DNA of 63,001 bases, filler included, from Mustelus asterias (Eukaryota): the NCBI RefSeq assembly GCF_964213995.1. It is 4 parts of 4 records of this genome, joined end to end, with 100 filler letters (N's around TTAATTAATTAA, not from the genome) between each part and the next. Parts side by side here need not be neighbours in the genome. Positions count along the whole stretch, not along the records: positions 12,828 to 25,966 come from NW_027590963.1; 3 more parts are not named here. One strand, written 5' to 3'. Positions 12,828-25,481 of the stretch are shown piece by piece. A program made the translations under genes and the position numbers. The notes under the pieces were generated by a model. The model ran no database searches. It had not been told where the DNA came from and saw only the letters and a list, made by a program, of their open reading frames with translations. Each line of letters opens with the position of its first letter. The first letter of the stretch is position 1.

Positions 12828-13459
12828 GAGTTTCTGGATTAATAGCGATAATGCCACTAGGCCATCGCCTCCCTATGGCTTCGACCTGCTCCCTGACCCC
12901 TTCAGGAAGAGTATTCATTAGTATTGGTGCTTGACCCAATCGGGACAGGATTGTCTCCGATTGCTATTGGTCTGTGATGTCAGACAGCGAGGAGATACCT
13001 CAGCAACCCTGAGCAAGACCAGAAAGATGGGACGGTGCGAGAGAGGAAATATTTATATCACCTCATGTCAGCACTCGGGGCATCTCCAACAACAAGGTCA
13101 CTGGTGGTGCACTGTGACTCCCTGATTCCATATGGAAAGACAGAATCATCCCACCGTGATTACAGGGTCACCATACACAGAGAATCTGGGGGGGTTACCT
13201 TACTCAGTGTTTTGGACCTTGAATAAATAAACCCCAAATGGGACCCCGAGCGATTCGGTTCACGACGATTCGGAGTCTTTCAGGAGAAATATTTACACGA
13301 TCCATCCGGAGACGATGTAACTTTACAAGTAAAACCAAGCTGCACAAAAGCATGTGGGAAAAGAGAAACGGGGAGAAGGCGGAGGATTCTTCCAGAATAA
13401 AATCATCTGGAAACAAAACCGTCAGCAGTTGAATGGTGGGAACGGCACTTCGAGAGAAC
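12828..13459 (-). other. Probable terminal 3'UTR exon of the tapasin gene (3' end undefined)
   Basis: Strong acceptor atctgtttctctcacag|GTT at 13461/13459; it is the first clear acceptor seen beyond the 30-bp minisatellite after the gtaagt donor at 19146. Unique non-repetitive sequence; no polyA site identified. Confidence 0.4.
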
Positions 13460-13622
13460 CTGTGAGAGAAACAGATTGATGTGAGCACACCGGAAAACAG
13501 ATTCCAAAATCATCTCCTCAGGGGACACAGGACGCTGCGATTTCTGTGGCTTCCTCACCCTGGCACTGTATCTGAGAGCGAAAACAACAATCGGGCTGCA
13601 GATTGTAGCAGTGAGTACAGAC

Positions 13623-16600
13623 CTAATATAGACACCGCTCCCAGGTCTGTGGGTCTAATATAGAGACCGCTCCCAGTGTCTGTGGGTCTGATATAGACAC
13701 CGCTCCCAGTGTCTGTGGGTCTGATATAGACACCGCTCCCAGTGTCTGTGGGTCTGATATAGACACCGCTCCCAGTGTCTGTGGGTTTAATATAGACACC
13801 GCTCCCAGTGTCTGTGGGTCTAATATAGAGACCGCTCCCAGTGTCTGTGGGTCTAATATAGAGGCCGCTCCCAGTGTCTGTGGGTCTAATATAGAGGCCG
13901 CTCCCAGTGTCTGTGGGTTTAATATAGACACCGCTCCCAGTGTCTGTGGGTTTAATATAGACACCGCTCCCAGTGTCTGTGGGTCTAATATAGACACCGC
14001 TCCCAGAGTCTGTGGGTCTAATATAGAGACCGCTCCCAGTGTCTGTGGGTCTAATATAGAGGCCGCTCCCAGTGTCTGTGGGTCTGATATAGACACCGCT
14101 CCCAGTGTCTGTGGGTTTAATATAGAGACCGCTCCCAGTGTCTGTGGGTTTAATATAGAGACCGCTCCCAGTGTCTGTGGGTTTAATATAGAGACCGCTC
14201 CCAGTGTCTGTGGGTCTAATATAGAGACCGCTCCCAGTGTCTGTGGGTCTAATATAGAGACCGCTCCCAGTGTCTGTGGGTCTGATATAGACACCGCTCC
14301 CAGTGTCTGTGGGTTTAATATAGAGACCGCTCCCAGTGTCTGTGGGTTTAATATAGACACCGCTCCCAGTGTCTGTGGGTCTAATATAGAGACCGCTCCC
14401 AGTGTCTGTGGGTCTAATATAGAGACCGCTCCCAGTGTCTGTGGGTCTAATATAGACACCGCTCCCAGTGTCTGTGGGTTTAATATAGAGACCGCTCCCA
14501 GTGTCTGTGGGTTTAATATAGAGACCGCTCCCAGTGTCTGTGGGTCTAATATAGAGACCGCTCCCAGTGTCTGTGGGTTTAATATAGAGACCGCTCCCAG
14601 TGTCTGTGGGTCTAATATAGAGACCGCTCCCAGTGTCTGTGGGTCTGATATAGACACCGCTCCCAGTGTCTGTGGGTCTAATATAGAGACCGCTCCCAGT
14701 GTCTGTGGGTCTAATATAGAGACCGCTCCCAGTGTCTGTGGGTTTAATATAGAGACCGCTCCCAGTGTCTGTGGGTCTAATATAGACACCGCTCCCAGTG
14801 TCTGTGGGTCTGATATAGAGACCGCTCCCAGTGTCTGTGGGTCTAATATAGACACCGCTCCCAGTGTCTGTGGGTCTAATATAGAGACCGCTCCCAGTGT
14901 CTGTGGGTCTAATATAGAGACCGCTCCCAGTGTCTGTGGGTCTGATATAGACACCGCTCCCAGTGTCTGTGGGTCTAATATAGAGACTGCTCCCAGTGTC
15001 TGTGGGTCTAATATAGAGACCGCTCCCAGTGTCTGTGGGTCTGATATAGACACCGCTCCCAGTGTCTGTGGGTTTAATATAGAGACCGCTCCCAGTGTCT
15101 GTGGGTCTGATATAGAGACCGCTCCCAGTGTCTGTGGGTTTAATATATAGACCGCTCCCAGTGTCTGTGGGTCTGATATAGAGACCGCTCCCAGTGTCTG
15201 TGGGTTTAATATAGAGACCGCTCCCAGTGTCTGTGGGTCTAATATAGAGACTGCTCCCAGTGTCTGTGGGTCTAATATAGAGACACCGCTCCCAGTGTCT
15301 GTGGGTTTAATATAGAGACCGCTCCCAGTGTCTGTGGGTTTAATATAGACACCGCTCCCAGTGTCTGTGGGTCTAATATAGAGACCGCTCCCAGTGTCTG
15401 TGGGTCTAATATAGAGACCGCTCCCAGTGTCTGTGGGTTTAATATAGAGACCGCTCCCAGTGTCTGTGGGTTTAATATAGAGACCGCTCCCAGTGTCTGT
15501 GGGTTTAATATAGACACCGCTCCCAGTGTCTGTGGGTCTGATATAGACACCGCTCCCAGTGTCTGTGGGTCTAATATAGAGACCGCTCCCAGTGTCTGTG
15601 GGTCTAATATAGACACCGCTCCCAGTGTCTGTGGGTCTAATATAGAGACCGCTCCCAGTGTCTGTGGGTCTGATATAGACACCGCTCCCAGTGTCTGTGG
15701 GTCTAATATAGAGACCGCTCCCAGTGTCTGTGGGTCTAATATAGAGACCGCTCCCAGTGTCTGTGGGTCTAATATAGACACCGCTCCCAGTGTCTGTGGG
15801 TCTGATATAGAGACCGCTCCCAGTGTCTGTGGGTCTAATATAGACACCGCTCCCAGTGTCTGTGGGTCTAATATAGAGACCGCTCCCAGTGTCTGTGGGT
15901 CTAATATAGAGACCGCTCCCAGTGTCTGTGGGTCTGATATAGACACCGCTCCCAGTGTCTGTGGGTCTAATATAGAGACTGCTCCCAGTGTCTGTGGGTC
16001 TAATATAGAGACCGCTCCCAGTGTCTGTGGGTCTGATATAGACACCGCTCCCAGTGTCTGTGGGTTTAATATAGAGACCGCTCCCAGTGTCTGTGGGTCT
16101 GATATAGAGACCGCTCCCAGTGTCTGTGGGTCTGATATAGACACCGCTCCCAGTGTCTGTGGGTTTAATATAGAGACCGCTCCCAGTGTCTGTGGGTCTA
16201 ATATAGACACCGCTCCCAGTGTCTGTGGGTCTAATATAGAGACCGCTCCCAGTGTCTGTGGGTCTGATATAGAGACCGCTCCCAGTGTCTGTGGGTCTGA
16301 TATAGACACCGCTCCCAGTGTCTGTGGGTTTAATATAGAGACCGCTCCCAGTGTCTGTGGGTCTAATATAGAGACCGCTCCCAGTGTCTGTGGGTCTAAT
16401 TTAGAGACCGCTCCCAGTGTCTGTGGGTCTGATATAGAGACCGCTCCCAGTGTCTGTGGGTTTAATATAGAGACCGCTCCCAGTGTCTGTGGGTTTAATA
16501 TAGACACCGCTCCCAGTGTCTGTGGGTCTAATATAGAGACCGCTCCCAGTGTCTGTGGGTTTAATATAGAGACCGCTCCCAGTGTCTGTGGGTCTAATAT

Positions 16601-18893
16601 AGAGACCGCTCCCAGTGTCTGTGGGTCTAATATAGAGACCGCTCCCAGTGTCTGTGGGTCTGATATAGACACCGCTCCCAGTGTCTGTGGGTCTAATATA
16701 GAGACTGCTCCCAGTGTCTGTGGGTTTAATATAGACACCGCTCCCAGTGTCTGTGGGTCTAATATAGACACCGCTCCCAGTGACTGTGGGTTTAATATAG
16801 AGACCGCTCCCAGTGTCTGTGGGTCTAATATAGAGACCGCTCCCAGTGTCTGTGGGTCTAATATAGAGACCGCTCCCAGTGTCTGTGGGTCTAATATAGA
16901 GACCGCTCCCAGTGTCTGTGGGTCTGATATAGACACCGCTCCCAGTGTCTGTGGGTTTAATATAGAGACCGCTCCCAGTGTCTGTGGGTCTAATATAGAG
17001 ACCGCTCCCAGTGTCTGTGGGTCTAATATAGAGACCGCTCCCAGTGTCTGTGGGTCTGATATAGACACCGCTCCCAGTGTCTGTGGGTCTAATATAGAGA
17101 CTGCTCCCAGTGTCTGTGGGTTTAATATAGACACCGCTCCCAGTGTCTGTGGGTCTGATATAGAGACCGCTCCCAGTGTCTGTGGTTTTAATATAGAGAC
17201 CGCTCCCAGTGTCTGTGGGTCTAATATAGAGACCGCTCCCAGTGTCTGTGGGTCTAATATAGAGACCGCTCCCAGTGTCTGTGGGTCTAATATAGAGACC
17301 GCTCCCAGTGTCTGTGGGTTTAATATAGAGACCGCTCCCAGTGTCTGTGGGTTTAATATAGAGACCGCTCCCAGTGTCTGTGGGTCTAATATAGAGACCG
17401 CTTCCAGTGTCTGTGGGTCTAATATAGAGACCGCTCCCAGTGTCTGTGGGTCTAATATAGAGACCGCTCCCAGTGTCTGTGGGTTTAATATAGAGACCGC
17501 TCCCAGTGTCTGTGGGTTTAATATAGAGACCGCTCCCAGTGTCTGTGGGTTTAATATAGAGACCGCTCCCAGTGTCTGTGGGTTTAATATAGAGACCGCT
17601 CCCAGTGTCTGTGGGTTTAATATAGAGACCGCTCCCAGTGTCTGTGGGTCTAATATAGACACCGCTCCCAGTGTCTGTGGGTTTAATATAGAGACTGCTC
17701 CCAGTGTCTGTGGGTCTAATATAGAGACCGCTCCCAGTGTCTGTGGGTCTAATATAGAGACCGCTCCCAGTGTCTGTGGGTTTAATATAGACACCGCTCC
17801 CAGTGTCTGTGGGTCTAATATAGAGACCGCTCCCAGTGTCTGTGGGTCTAATATAGAGACCGCTCCCAGTGTCTGTGGGTTTAATATAGAGACCGCTCCC
17901 AGTGTCTGTGGGTTTAATATAGAGACCGCTCCCAGTGTCTGTGGGTTTAATATAGACACCGCTCCCAGTGTCTGTGGGTCTGATATAGACACCGCTCCCA
18001 GTGTCTGTGGGTCTAATATAGAGACCGCTCCCAGTGTCTGTGGGTCTAATATAGACACCGCTCCCAGTGTCTGTGGGTCTAATATAGAGACCGCTCCCAG
18101 TGTCTGTGGGTTTAATATAGACACCGCTCCCAGTGTCTGTGGGTTTAATATAGACACCGCTCCCAGTGTCTGTGGGTCTGATATAGAGACTGCTCCCAGT
18201 GTCTGTGGGTCTAATATAGAGACCGCTCCCAGTGTCTGTGGGTTTAATATAGAGACCGCTCCCAGTGTCTGTGGGTCTAATATAGAGACCGCTCCCAGTG
18301 TCTGTGGGTTTAATATAGAGACCGCTCCCAGTGTCTGTGGGTCTGATATAGAGACTGCTCCCAGTGTCTGTGGGTCTAATATAGAGACCGCTCCCAGTGT
18401 CTGTGGGTTTAATATAGAGACCGCTCCCAGTGTCTGTGGGTTTAATATAGAGACCGCTCCCAGTGTCTGTGGGTTTAATATAGACACCGCTCCCAGTGTC
18501 TGTGGGTTTAATATAGAGACCGCTCCCAGTGTCTGTGGGTTTAATATAGAGACCGCTCCCAGTGTCTGTGGGTCTAATATAGAGACCGCTCCCAGTGTCT
18601 GTGGGTTTAATATAGAGACCGCTCCCAGTGTCTGTGGGTCTAATATAGAGACCGCTCCCAGTGTCTGTGGGTCTAATATAGAGACCGCTCCCAGTGTCTG
18701 TGGGTTTAATATAGAGACCGCTCCCAGTGTCTGTGGGTCTAATATAGAGACCGCTCCCAGTGTCTATGGGTTTAATATAGAGACCGCTCCCAGTGTCTGT
18801 GGGTCTAATATAGACACCGCTCCCAGTGTCTGTGGGTCTAATATAGAGACCGCTCCCAGTGTCTGTGGGTTTAATATAGACACCGCTCCCAGT
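13623..18893. repeat. 30-bp minisatellite (~175 copies) in the tapasin 3'UTR intron
   Basis: (taatatagagaccgctcccagtgtctgtgggtc-type)n with 10-aa periodic ORFs. Confidence 0.97.
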
Positions 18894-19146
18894 GAACATT
18901 TGGTCTCGTGTAGAGAGTAGTGGATTGCGGAAGGACGGTGATTCTCTGAATTATAATCCGTTTGCTCTCCCTGTTTCTGTATCTCTGACATTCCAAGTGG
19001 ATTTCTACACTGCGATTGGCTTGTGTAACGCTGAACCCTCCCATCGCCGTCCTGGTGCGTTAAGCCTGCGAGTGAATGCGGAAAGCCGTTTCTAATGGTG
19101 ATGGAGTTGGCACCAGACAACCGCTAGTGTTCGAGTGTAAACTTAC

Positions 19147-19201
19147 CGGCGCTGCCTGAGGTCCACGCTCACAGCACTGGGTCCATTCAGTTCCTTTTCT
19201 C
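19147..19201 (-). CDS. TAPBP: Tapasin last coding exon (EKRN*, coding 19187-19201) plus 40 nt of 3'UTR
   Basis: ctctctctcttatag|GAG AAA AGG AAC TGA ... GCG CCG|gtaagt. Joined to the previous exon it gives C-terminal K-E-K-R-N*, a KxKxx COPI retrieval motif. Confidence 0.72.
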
Positions 19202-19474
19202 CTATAAGAGAGAGAGAGAGTGACAAGGTTTGAGAGATTGTACTTCCCTTCCTCTGAGTGTTCATCGTTGTCTGTTCCTCCTCAGTCTGACCCACCAATC
19301 TCTTGCTAGTGTTATTTCTCTCCTCATTTCCCACTGGGTGACCATGCCACATAGGAACCCTCCAGCCATTGCCGACATGGGCACCATTCCCCGGTAGCAA
19401 GTGGCTAATGGGTGGCGGGGGGAGAGAAACAGGGTGAGAATGAGCTGGAGGAAGGTCACTGTTCCGATGAATGA

Positions 19475-19868
19475 AGGGGGGATCTCATAAAAGCCTATAA
19501 TATTCTAACAGGACGAGACAGGGTAGATGCAGGGAGGATGTTCCCGATGGTGGGGGAGTCCAGAACCAGGGGTCACAGTCGGAGGATTCAGGGTAGACCA
19601 TTTAGGACGGAGATGAGGAGACATTTCTTCACCCAGAGAGTGGTGAATGTGTGGAATTCATTACCACAGGAAGTAGCTGATGCCAAAACATTGAATGTAT
19701 TGAAGAGGCGGCTGGATACAGCACTCGGGAGGAATGGGGTCAAAGGTTATGGGGGGAAAGTGGGAACAGGTTGCTGAGTTGGATGTTCAACCATGATCAA
19801 AATGAATGGCGGAGAGGCTCGAAGGGCTGAATGGCCTCCTCCTGCTCCTAGTTTCTATGTTTCTATGA
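19475..19868 (+). mobile_element. CR1 LINE 3' fragment
   Basis: ESRTRGHS..RRHFFTQRVVNVWNSLP with a (tttctatg)n tail. Confidence 0.85.
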
Positions 19869-19955
19869 ATGTCGTTATCAGCCGTGACTCCGTTCTGAAA
19901 GGTCAGGTTACTTTTGTGGCCTCAGTTAGTGCAGACATTCTTGTTGTCTCTTTAC

Positions 19956-19993
19956 CTTGACTTCCTGCACCGGGGTCCACACGAGAGGATAAA
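19956..19993 (-). CDS. TAPBP: Tapasin cytoplasmic-tail exon
   Basis: ttttcttgtctttcag|TT TAT CCT..GTC AAG|gtaaag; 38 nt, phase 1-0; gives (V)YPLVWTPVQEVK. Mammalian tapasin's short tail exon also begins VY and ends in K. Confidence 0.75.
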
Positions 19994-20139
19994 CTGAAAG
20001 ACAAGAAAATACAGTCCATGGGTGACCATTGAGTCCCTCCGTCAATAACAACAACTCCCAACACATTCCACCAGGACAATCTGCGGGAATTAGGAACATA
20101 AACTGGGACAAGAAGCTTGGTCAATGCAGGAGAAGAGGT

Positions 20140-23100
20140 TGTCGGGACTGGAGGAGGTTACAGAGATAGGGAGGAGGTGTAGGGGGGCTGGAGGAGGTTA
20201 CAGAGATAGGGAGGAGGTGTAGGGGGGCTGGAGGAGGTTACAGAGATAGGGAGGAGGTGTAGGGGGGCTGGAGGAGGTTACAGAGATAGGGAGGAGGTGT
20301 AGGGGGGCTGTAGGAGGTTACAGAGATAGGGAGGAGGTGTAGGGGGGCTGTAGGAGGTTACAGAGATAGGGAGGAGGTGTAGGGGGCTGGAGGAGGTTAC
20401 AGAGATAGGGAGGAGGTGTAGGGGGCTGGAGGAGGTTACAGAGATAGGAGGTATAGGGGGCTGGAGGAGGTTACAGAGATAGGGAGGAGGTGTAGGGGGG
20501 CTGGAGGAGGTTACAGAGATAGGGAGGAGGTGTAGGGGCTGGAGGAGGTTACAGAAATAGGAGGTGTGGGGAGCTGGAGGAGGTTACAGAGATAGGGAGG
20601 GTGTAGGGGGGCTGGAGGAGGTTAGAGAGATAGGGAGGAGGTGTAGGGGGGCTGGAGGAGGTTACAGAGATAGGAGGTGTGGGGAGCTGGAGGAGCTACA
20701 GAGATAGGGAGGGTGTAGGGGGGCTGGAGGAGGTTAGAGAGATAGGGAGGAGGTGTAGGGGGGCTGGAGGAGGTTACAGAGATAGGAGGTGTAGGGGGGC
20801 TGGAGGAGTTACAGAGATAGGGAGGGTGTAGGGGCTGGAGGGGGTTACAGAGTTAGGGAGGGGGTGTAGGGGCTGGAGGAGGTTACTGAAATAGGGGTGT
20901 ACGGGCTGGAGGACGTAACAGAGAGGGAGGGAGTATGGGGGCTGGAGGGGGTTACAGAGATGGGAGTTTAGGGGCTGGAGGAAGTTACAGAGATAGGGAG
21001 GGGGTGTAGAGTCTGAAGGGGTTACAGAGATAGGGAGGGGCTGGAGGAAGTTACAGAGATAGGGAGGGGGTGTAGAGTCTGGAGGGGTTACAGAGATAGG
21101 GAGGGGCTGGAGGGGTTACAGAGATAGGGAGGGCGTGTAGGGGGCTGGAGGGGGTGTAGGATCTGGAGGAGGTTAAAGAGATAGGGAGGGGGTGTAGGGG
21201 CTGGAAGCGGTTACAGAGCTAGTGAGCGAGCTACAGAGAGAGGGAGGGGTTTAGGGGCTGGAGGAGGTTAGATAGGGAGGAGGTGTAGGGACCTGGAGGA
21301 GGTTACAGAGATACAGAGGAGATGTAGGGGCTGGAGGGGTTACAGAGATAGCAAGGGGGCGTAGGGGCTGAAGGAGATTAGAGACAGGGAGGGGGTGTAG
21401 GGGGACTGGCGGAGATTACAGTGATAGCGAGGGGATGTACAGGCTGGAGGAGGTTACAGAGATAGGGAGGGGGTGTAGGGGGCTGGAGGAGGTTACAGAG
21501 ATAGGGAAGGGGTGCAGGGGCTGGAGGAGGTTACAGAGATAGAAAGGGGGGTGTAGGGGCTGGATGGGGTTACAGTGATAGGGAGGGGGTGTATGGGGCT
21601 GGAGGAGGTTACAGAGATAGAAAGGGGGGTGTAGGGGCTGGATGGGGTTACAGTGATAGGGAGGGGGGCGTAGGGGCTGGTGGAGGCTGGAGGAGGTTAT
21701 AGGGATAGGCAGGGCGTGTAGGGGACTGGAAGAGGATACAGAGATAGGGAGGGGGTGAGTTGGAGGAGGTTACAGAGATAGGGAGGGGTGCAGGGGTCTG
21801 ATGGAGGTTACAGAGATAGGGAGGCGTGTAGGGGGCTGGAGGAGGTTCCAGAGATAAGGAGGGGGTGTAGGGGTTGAGGGAGGTTACAGAGCTAGGTAGG
21901 GGCTGGAGGAGGTTACAGAGATAGGGAGGGAGTGTAGGGGATGGAGGAGGTTACAGAGATAGCGAGGGAGTGTAGGGGCTGGAGGAGGTTACAGAGATAG
22001 GGAGAGATGTAGGGGCTGGAGGAGGTTACAGAGATAGGGAGGAGGTCTCGGCTGGAGGAAGTTACTGATAAAGGGAAGGGGTCTAGGGGCTGGATGAGGT
22101 TACAGAGAAAGGGAGGGAATGTAGGGGGCTGGGGGAGGTTACAGAGAAAGGGAGAGATGTAGGGGCTGGAGGAGGTTACAGAGATAGGGAGGGGTGTAGG
22201 GGACTGGAAGAGGTTCCAGAGATAAGGAGGGGGTGTAGGGGCTGGAGGAGGTTACAGAGATAGGGAGGGGGTGAGTTGGAGGAGGTTGCAGAAATAGGGA
22301 GGGGTGTACGGGGCTGGAGTAGGTTAGAGATGGGGAGGGGGTGTAGGGTCTGGAGGAGATTGCAGAGATAGGGAGGGGGCTGGAGGAGGTTACAGATATA
22401 GGGAGGGGATGGAGGAGGTTACAGAGATAGGGAGGGGATGTAGGGCTGGAGGAGGTTACAGAGATAGGGAGGGGATGTTAGGACTGGAGGAGGTTACAGA
22501 GATAGGGAGGGGGTGTAGGGGCTGGACGAGGTTACAGAGATAGGGAGGGATGTCAGGGCTGGAGGAGGTTACAGAGATAGGGAGGGATGTCAGGGCTGGA
22601 GGAGGTTACAGAAATAGGGATGGGATGTAGGAGGTTGCAGAGATAGGGAGCGGTTGTAGGGGCTGGCGGAGGTTACAGAGATAGGGAGGGGTGTAGGGGC
22701 TGGAGGAGGTTATAGAGATAGGGAGGGGGGTGTAGGAGCTGGGGGAGGTTACAGAGATAGGGAGGGGTGTAGGGGCTGGAGGAGGTTATAGAGATAGGGA
22801 GGGGGGTGTAGGAGCTGGAGGAGGTTACAGAGATAGGGAGGGGGAGGGGGTGTAGGGGGCCAGAGGAGGTTACAGAGATAGGGAGGGGGAGGGGGTGTAG
22901 GGGGCCAGAGGAGGTTACAGAGATAGGGAGGGGTGTAGGGGCTGGAGGAAGTTACAGAGATAGGGAGCGGGTGTCGGGACTGGAGGAGGTTACAGAGATA
23001 TGGAGGGGTGTCGGGACTGGAAGAGGTTACAGAGATAGGGAGGGGTGTAGGGGCTGGAGGAAGTTACAGAGATAGGGAGGGGGTTTCGGGACTGGAGGAG

Positions 23101-24420
23101 GTTACAGAGATAGGGAGGGGTGTAGGGGCTGGAGGAAGTTACAGAGATAGGGAGCGGATGTCGGGACTGGAGGAGGTTACAGAGATAGGGAGGGGTGTCG
23201 GGACTGGAAGAGGTTACAGAGATAGGGAGGGGTGTAGGGGCTGGAGGAAGTTACAGAGATAGGGAGCGGATGTCGGGACTGGAGGAGGTTACAGAGATAG
23301 GGAGGGGTGTCGGGACTGGAAGAGGTTACAGAGATAGGGAGGGGTGTAGGGGCTGGAGGAGGTTACAGAAATAGGGAGGGGTGTCGGGGCTGGAGGAGGT
23401 TACAGAGATAGGGAGGGATGTAGGGGCTGGAGGAGGTTACAGAGATAGGGAGGGGGTGTCAGGACTGGAGGAGGTTACAGAGATAGGGAGGGGTGTCGGG
23501 ATTGGAGGAGGGTACAGAGATAGGGAGGGGTGTCGGGACTGGAGGAGGTTACAGAGATAGGGAGGGGTGTAGGGGCTGGAGGAGGTTACAGAGATAGGGA
23601 GGGGTGTCGGGGCTGGAGGAGGTTACAGAGATAGGGAGGGGTGTCGGGACTGGAGCAGGGTACAGAGATAGGGAGGGGTGTCGGGACTGGAGGAGGTTAC
23701 AGAGATAGGGAGGGGTGTAGGGGCTGGAGGAGGTTACAGAGATAGGGAGGGGTGTCGGGGCTGGAGGAGGTTACAGAGATAGGGAGGGGGTGTCAGGACT
23801 GGAGGAGGTTACAGAGATAGGGAGGGGTGTAGGGGCTGGAGGAGGTTACAGAGATAGGGAGAGGGTGTCAGGACTGGAGGAGGTTACAGAGATAGGGAGG
23901 GGGTGTCGGGACTGGAGGAGGTTACAGAGATAGGGAGGGGTGTAGGGGCTGGAGGAGGTTACAGAGATAGGGAGGGGTGTCGGGGCTGGAGGTGGTTACA
24001 GAGATAGGGAGAGGTGTTGGGACTGGAGGAGGTTACAGAGATAGGGAGAGGTGTTGGGACTGGAGGAGGTTACAGAGATAGGGAGGGGGTTTCGGGACTG
24101 GAGGAGGTTACAGAGATAGGGAGGGGTGTAGGGGCTGGAGGAAGTTACAGAGATAGGGAGCGGGTGTCGGGACTGGAGGAGGTTACAGAGATAGGGAGGG
24201 GTGTCGGGGCTGGAGGAGGTTACAGAGATAGGGAGGGGGTGTCGGGACTGGAGGAGGTTACAGAGATTGGGAGGGGGTGTCGGGACTGGAGGAGGTTACA
24301 GAGATAGGGAGGGGGTGTCGGGGCTGGAGGAGGTTACAGAGATAGGGAGGTGTGTAGGGGCTGGAGGAGGTTACAGAGATAGGGAGGGGGTGTCGGGGCT
24401 GGAGGAATTACAGGTCTAGG
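20140..24420. repeat. G-rich ~37-40-bp minisatellite filling the tapasin TM-to-cytoplasmic intron
   Basis: (ggggctggaggaggttacagagatagggaggggtgta)n, about 4.3 kb. Confidence 0.95.
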
Positions 24421-24657
24421 GAGGGTTTGGGCAATGAATGGATTGACCAATTGTCTATGAGCTGTCTGCTCTGAGTTAGCCAATGGGAGCCTCTGTGTAG
24501 GCGTTTCCATCGCTGTCTGAACAGGGACACCCAGTCTCCTGATGGAAGTGTTCACCCAGCTCCGGCTGGGAGGTTCCCATCTCCACTGTGGCATGTGGAC
24601 TGAAGTCTGGCTGCGGGCAGACGGAGGAGATTAAAGTATGGGCAGTGAGACACAGAC

Positions 24658-24759
24658 CTTTCTCAGTAAATATCCAGTAGAAAAACTTCAGCGTTCCGTA
24701 GAGAATGAAGGCACAAATGAACATCCCGATGGCATCGTCGATGGAGGGGCCAGCAAACC
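24658..24759 (-). CDS. TAPBP: Tapasin connecting peptide/transmembrane exon
   Basis: ctctgtctccatgtag|GG TTT GCT..GAG AAA G|gtctgt; 102 nt, phase 1-1. (G)FAGPSIDDAIGMFICAFILYGTLKFFYWIFTEK matches the tapasin GPSxED..GxF..L.K pattern, including the intramembrane Lys. Confidence 0.88.
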
Positions 24760-25002
24760 CTACATGGAGACAGAGGGAGAAAAGTGATTAACTTCCTGCT
24801 GAAAGCAGCACTGTCTCTTAACAAGCCGTATCTAACCGTGTCCCCATCTCAGAATGAACCTTCTCCACCCACCGGGATCTGAGTGTCTGTGGGGAGGGGG
24901 GACTGTGTGACTGGCCTCAGAGTTCAGCGTGATATCCATCCCCTTGCTGTGAAGTTTCACAGTCAGATTGAGGGAACTATCTGAGCGCACAGATCCTCAA
25001 AG

Positions 25003-25370
25003 TGATGGGGAGAACGTGGAGGCTCCCCACAGACCGTGACCCGAGTCGGGAATGGAACCCGGGCCCCTGGTGCTGTGAAGCAGCAGTGCCGACCACTAGC
25101 ACCGTGTCGCCCCTACGTTACTATGACAACCCCCTAGTGGCCACACTCCGGCGCCTGTTCAGGTACGCTGAGGGAGAATTTAACACGGCCAATCCACCTA
25201 ACCTGCATGTCGTTCCGACTGTGGGAGGAACCCGAGCACCCGGAGGAAACCCACGCAGACACGGGGAGAACGTGCAAACTCCACACAGACAGTGACCCAA
25301 GGCTGGAATCGAACCCGGGGCCCTGGCGCTGTGAGGCAGCAGCGCTAACCCACTGTGCCACCCCGTGCGG
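25003..25370 (-). mobile_element. Two HE1/V-SINE-type elements in the tapasin C1-TM intron
   Basis: Reverse-complement SINE head and core. Confidence 0.8.
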
Positions 25371-25481
25371 GTACCTGAACATCCAAGTACGGTGTGTAAT
25401 GAGGACGGTGGTTCATCCCGCACAGGGTTTGGATGTTCAGCGAGTCAGGACCTAGGGCTAATTCGGATGGTGCCAGCTTAC

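Noticed and set aside
13623-18899. Long ORFs of 476, 1071 and 832 aa with 10-aa repeats
   Set aside because: Artefacts of a 30-bp minisatellite open in several frames; no unique domain. There are no variable spacers, so this is not a CRISPR-like array either.
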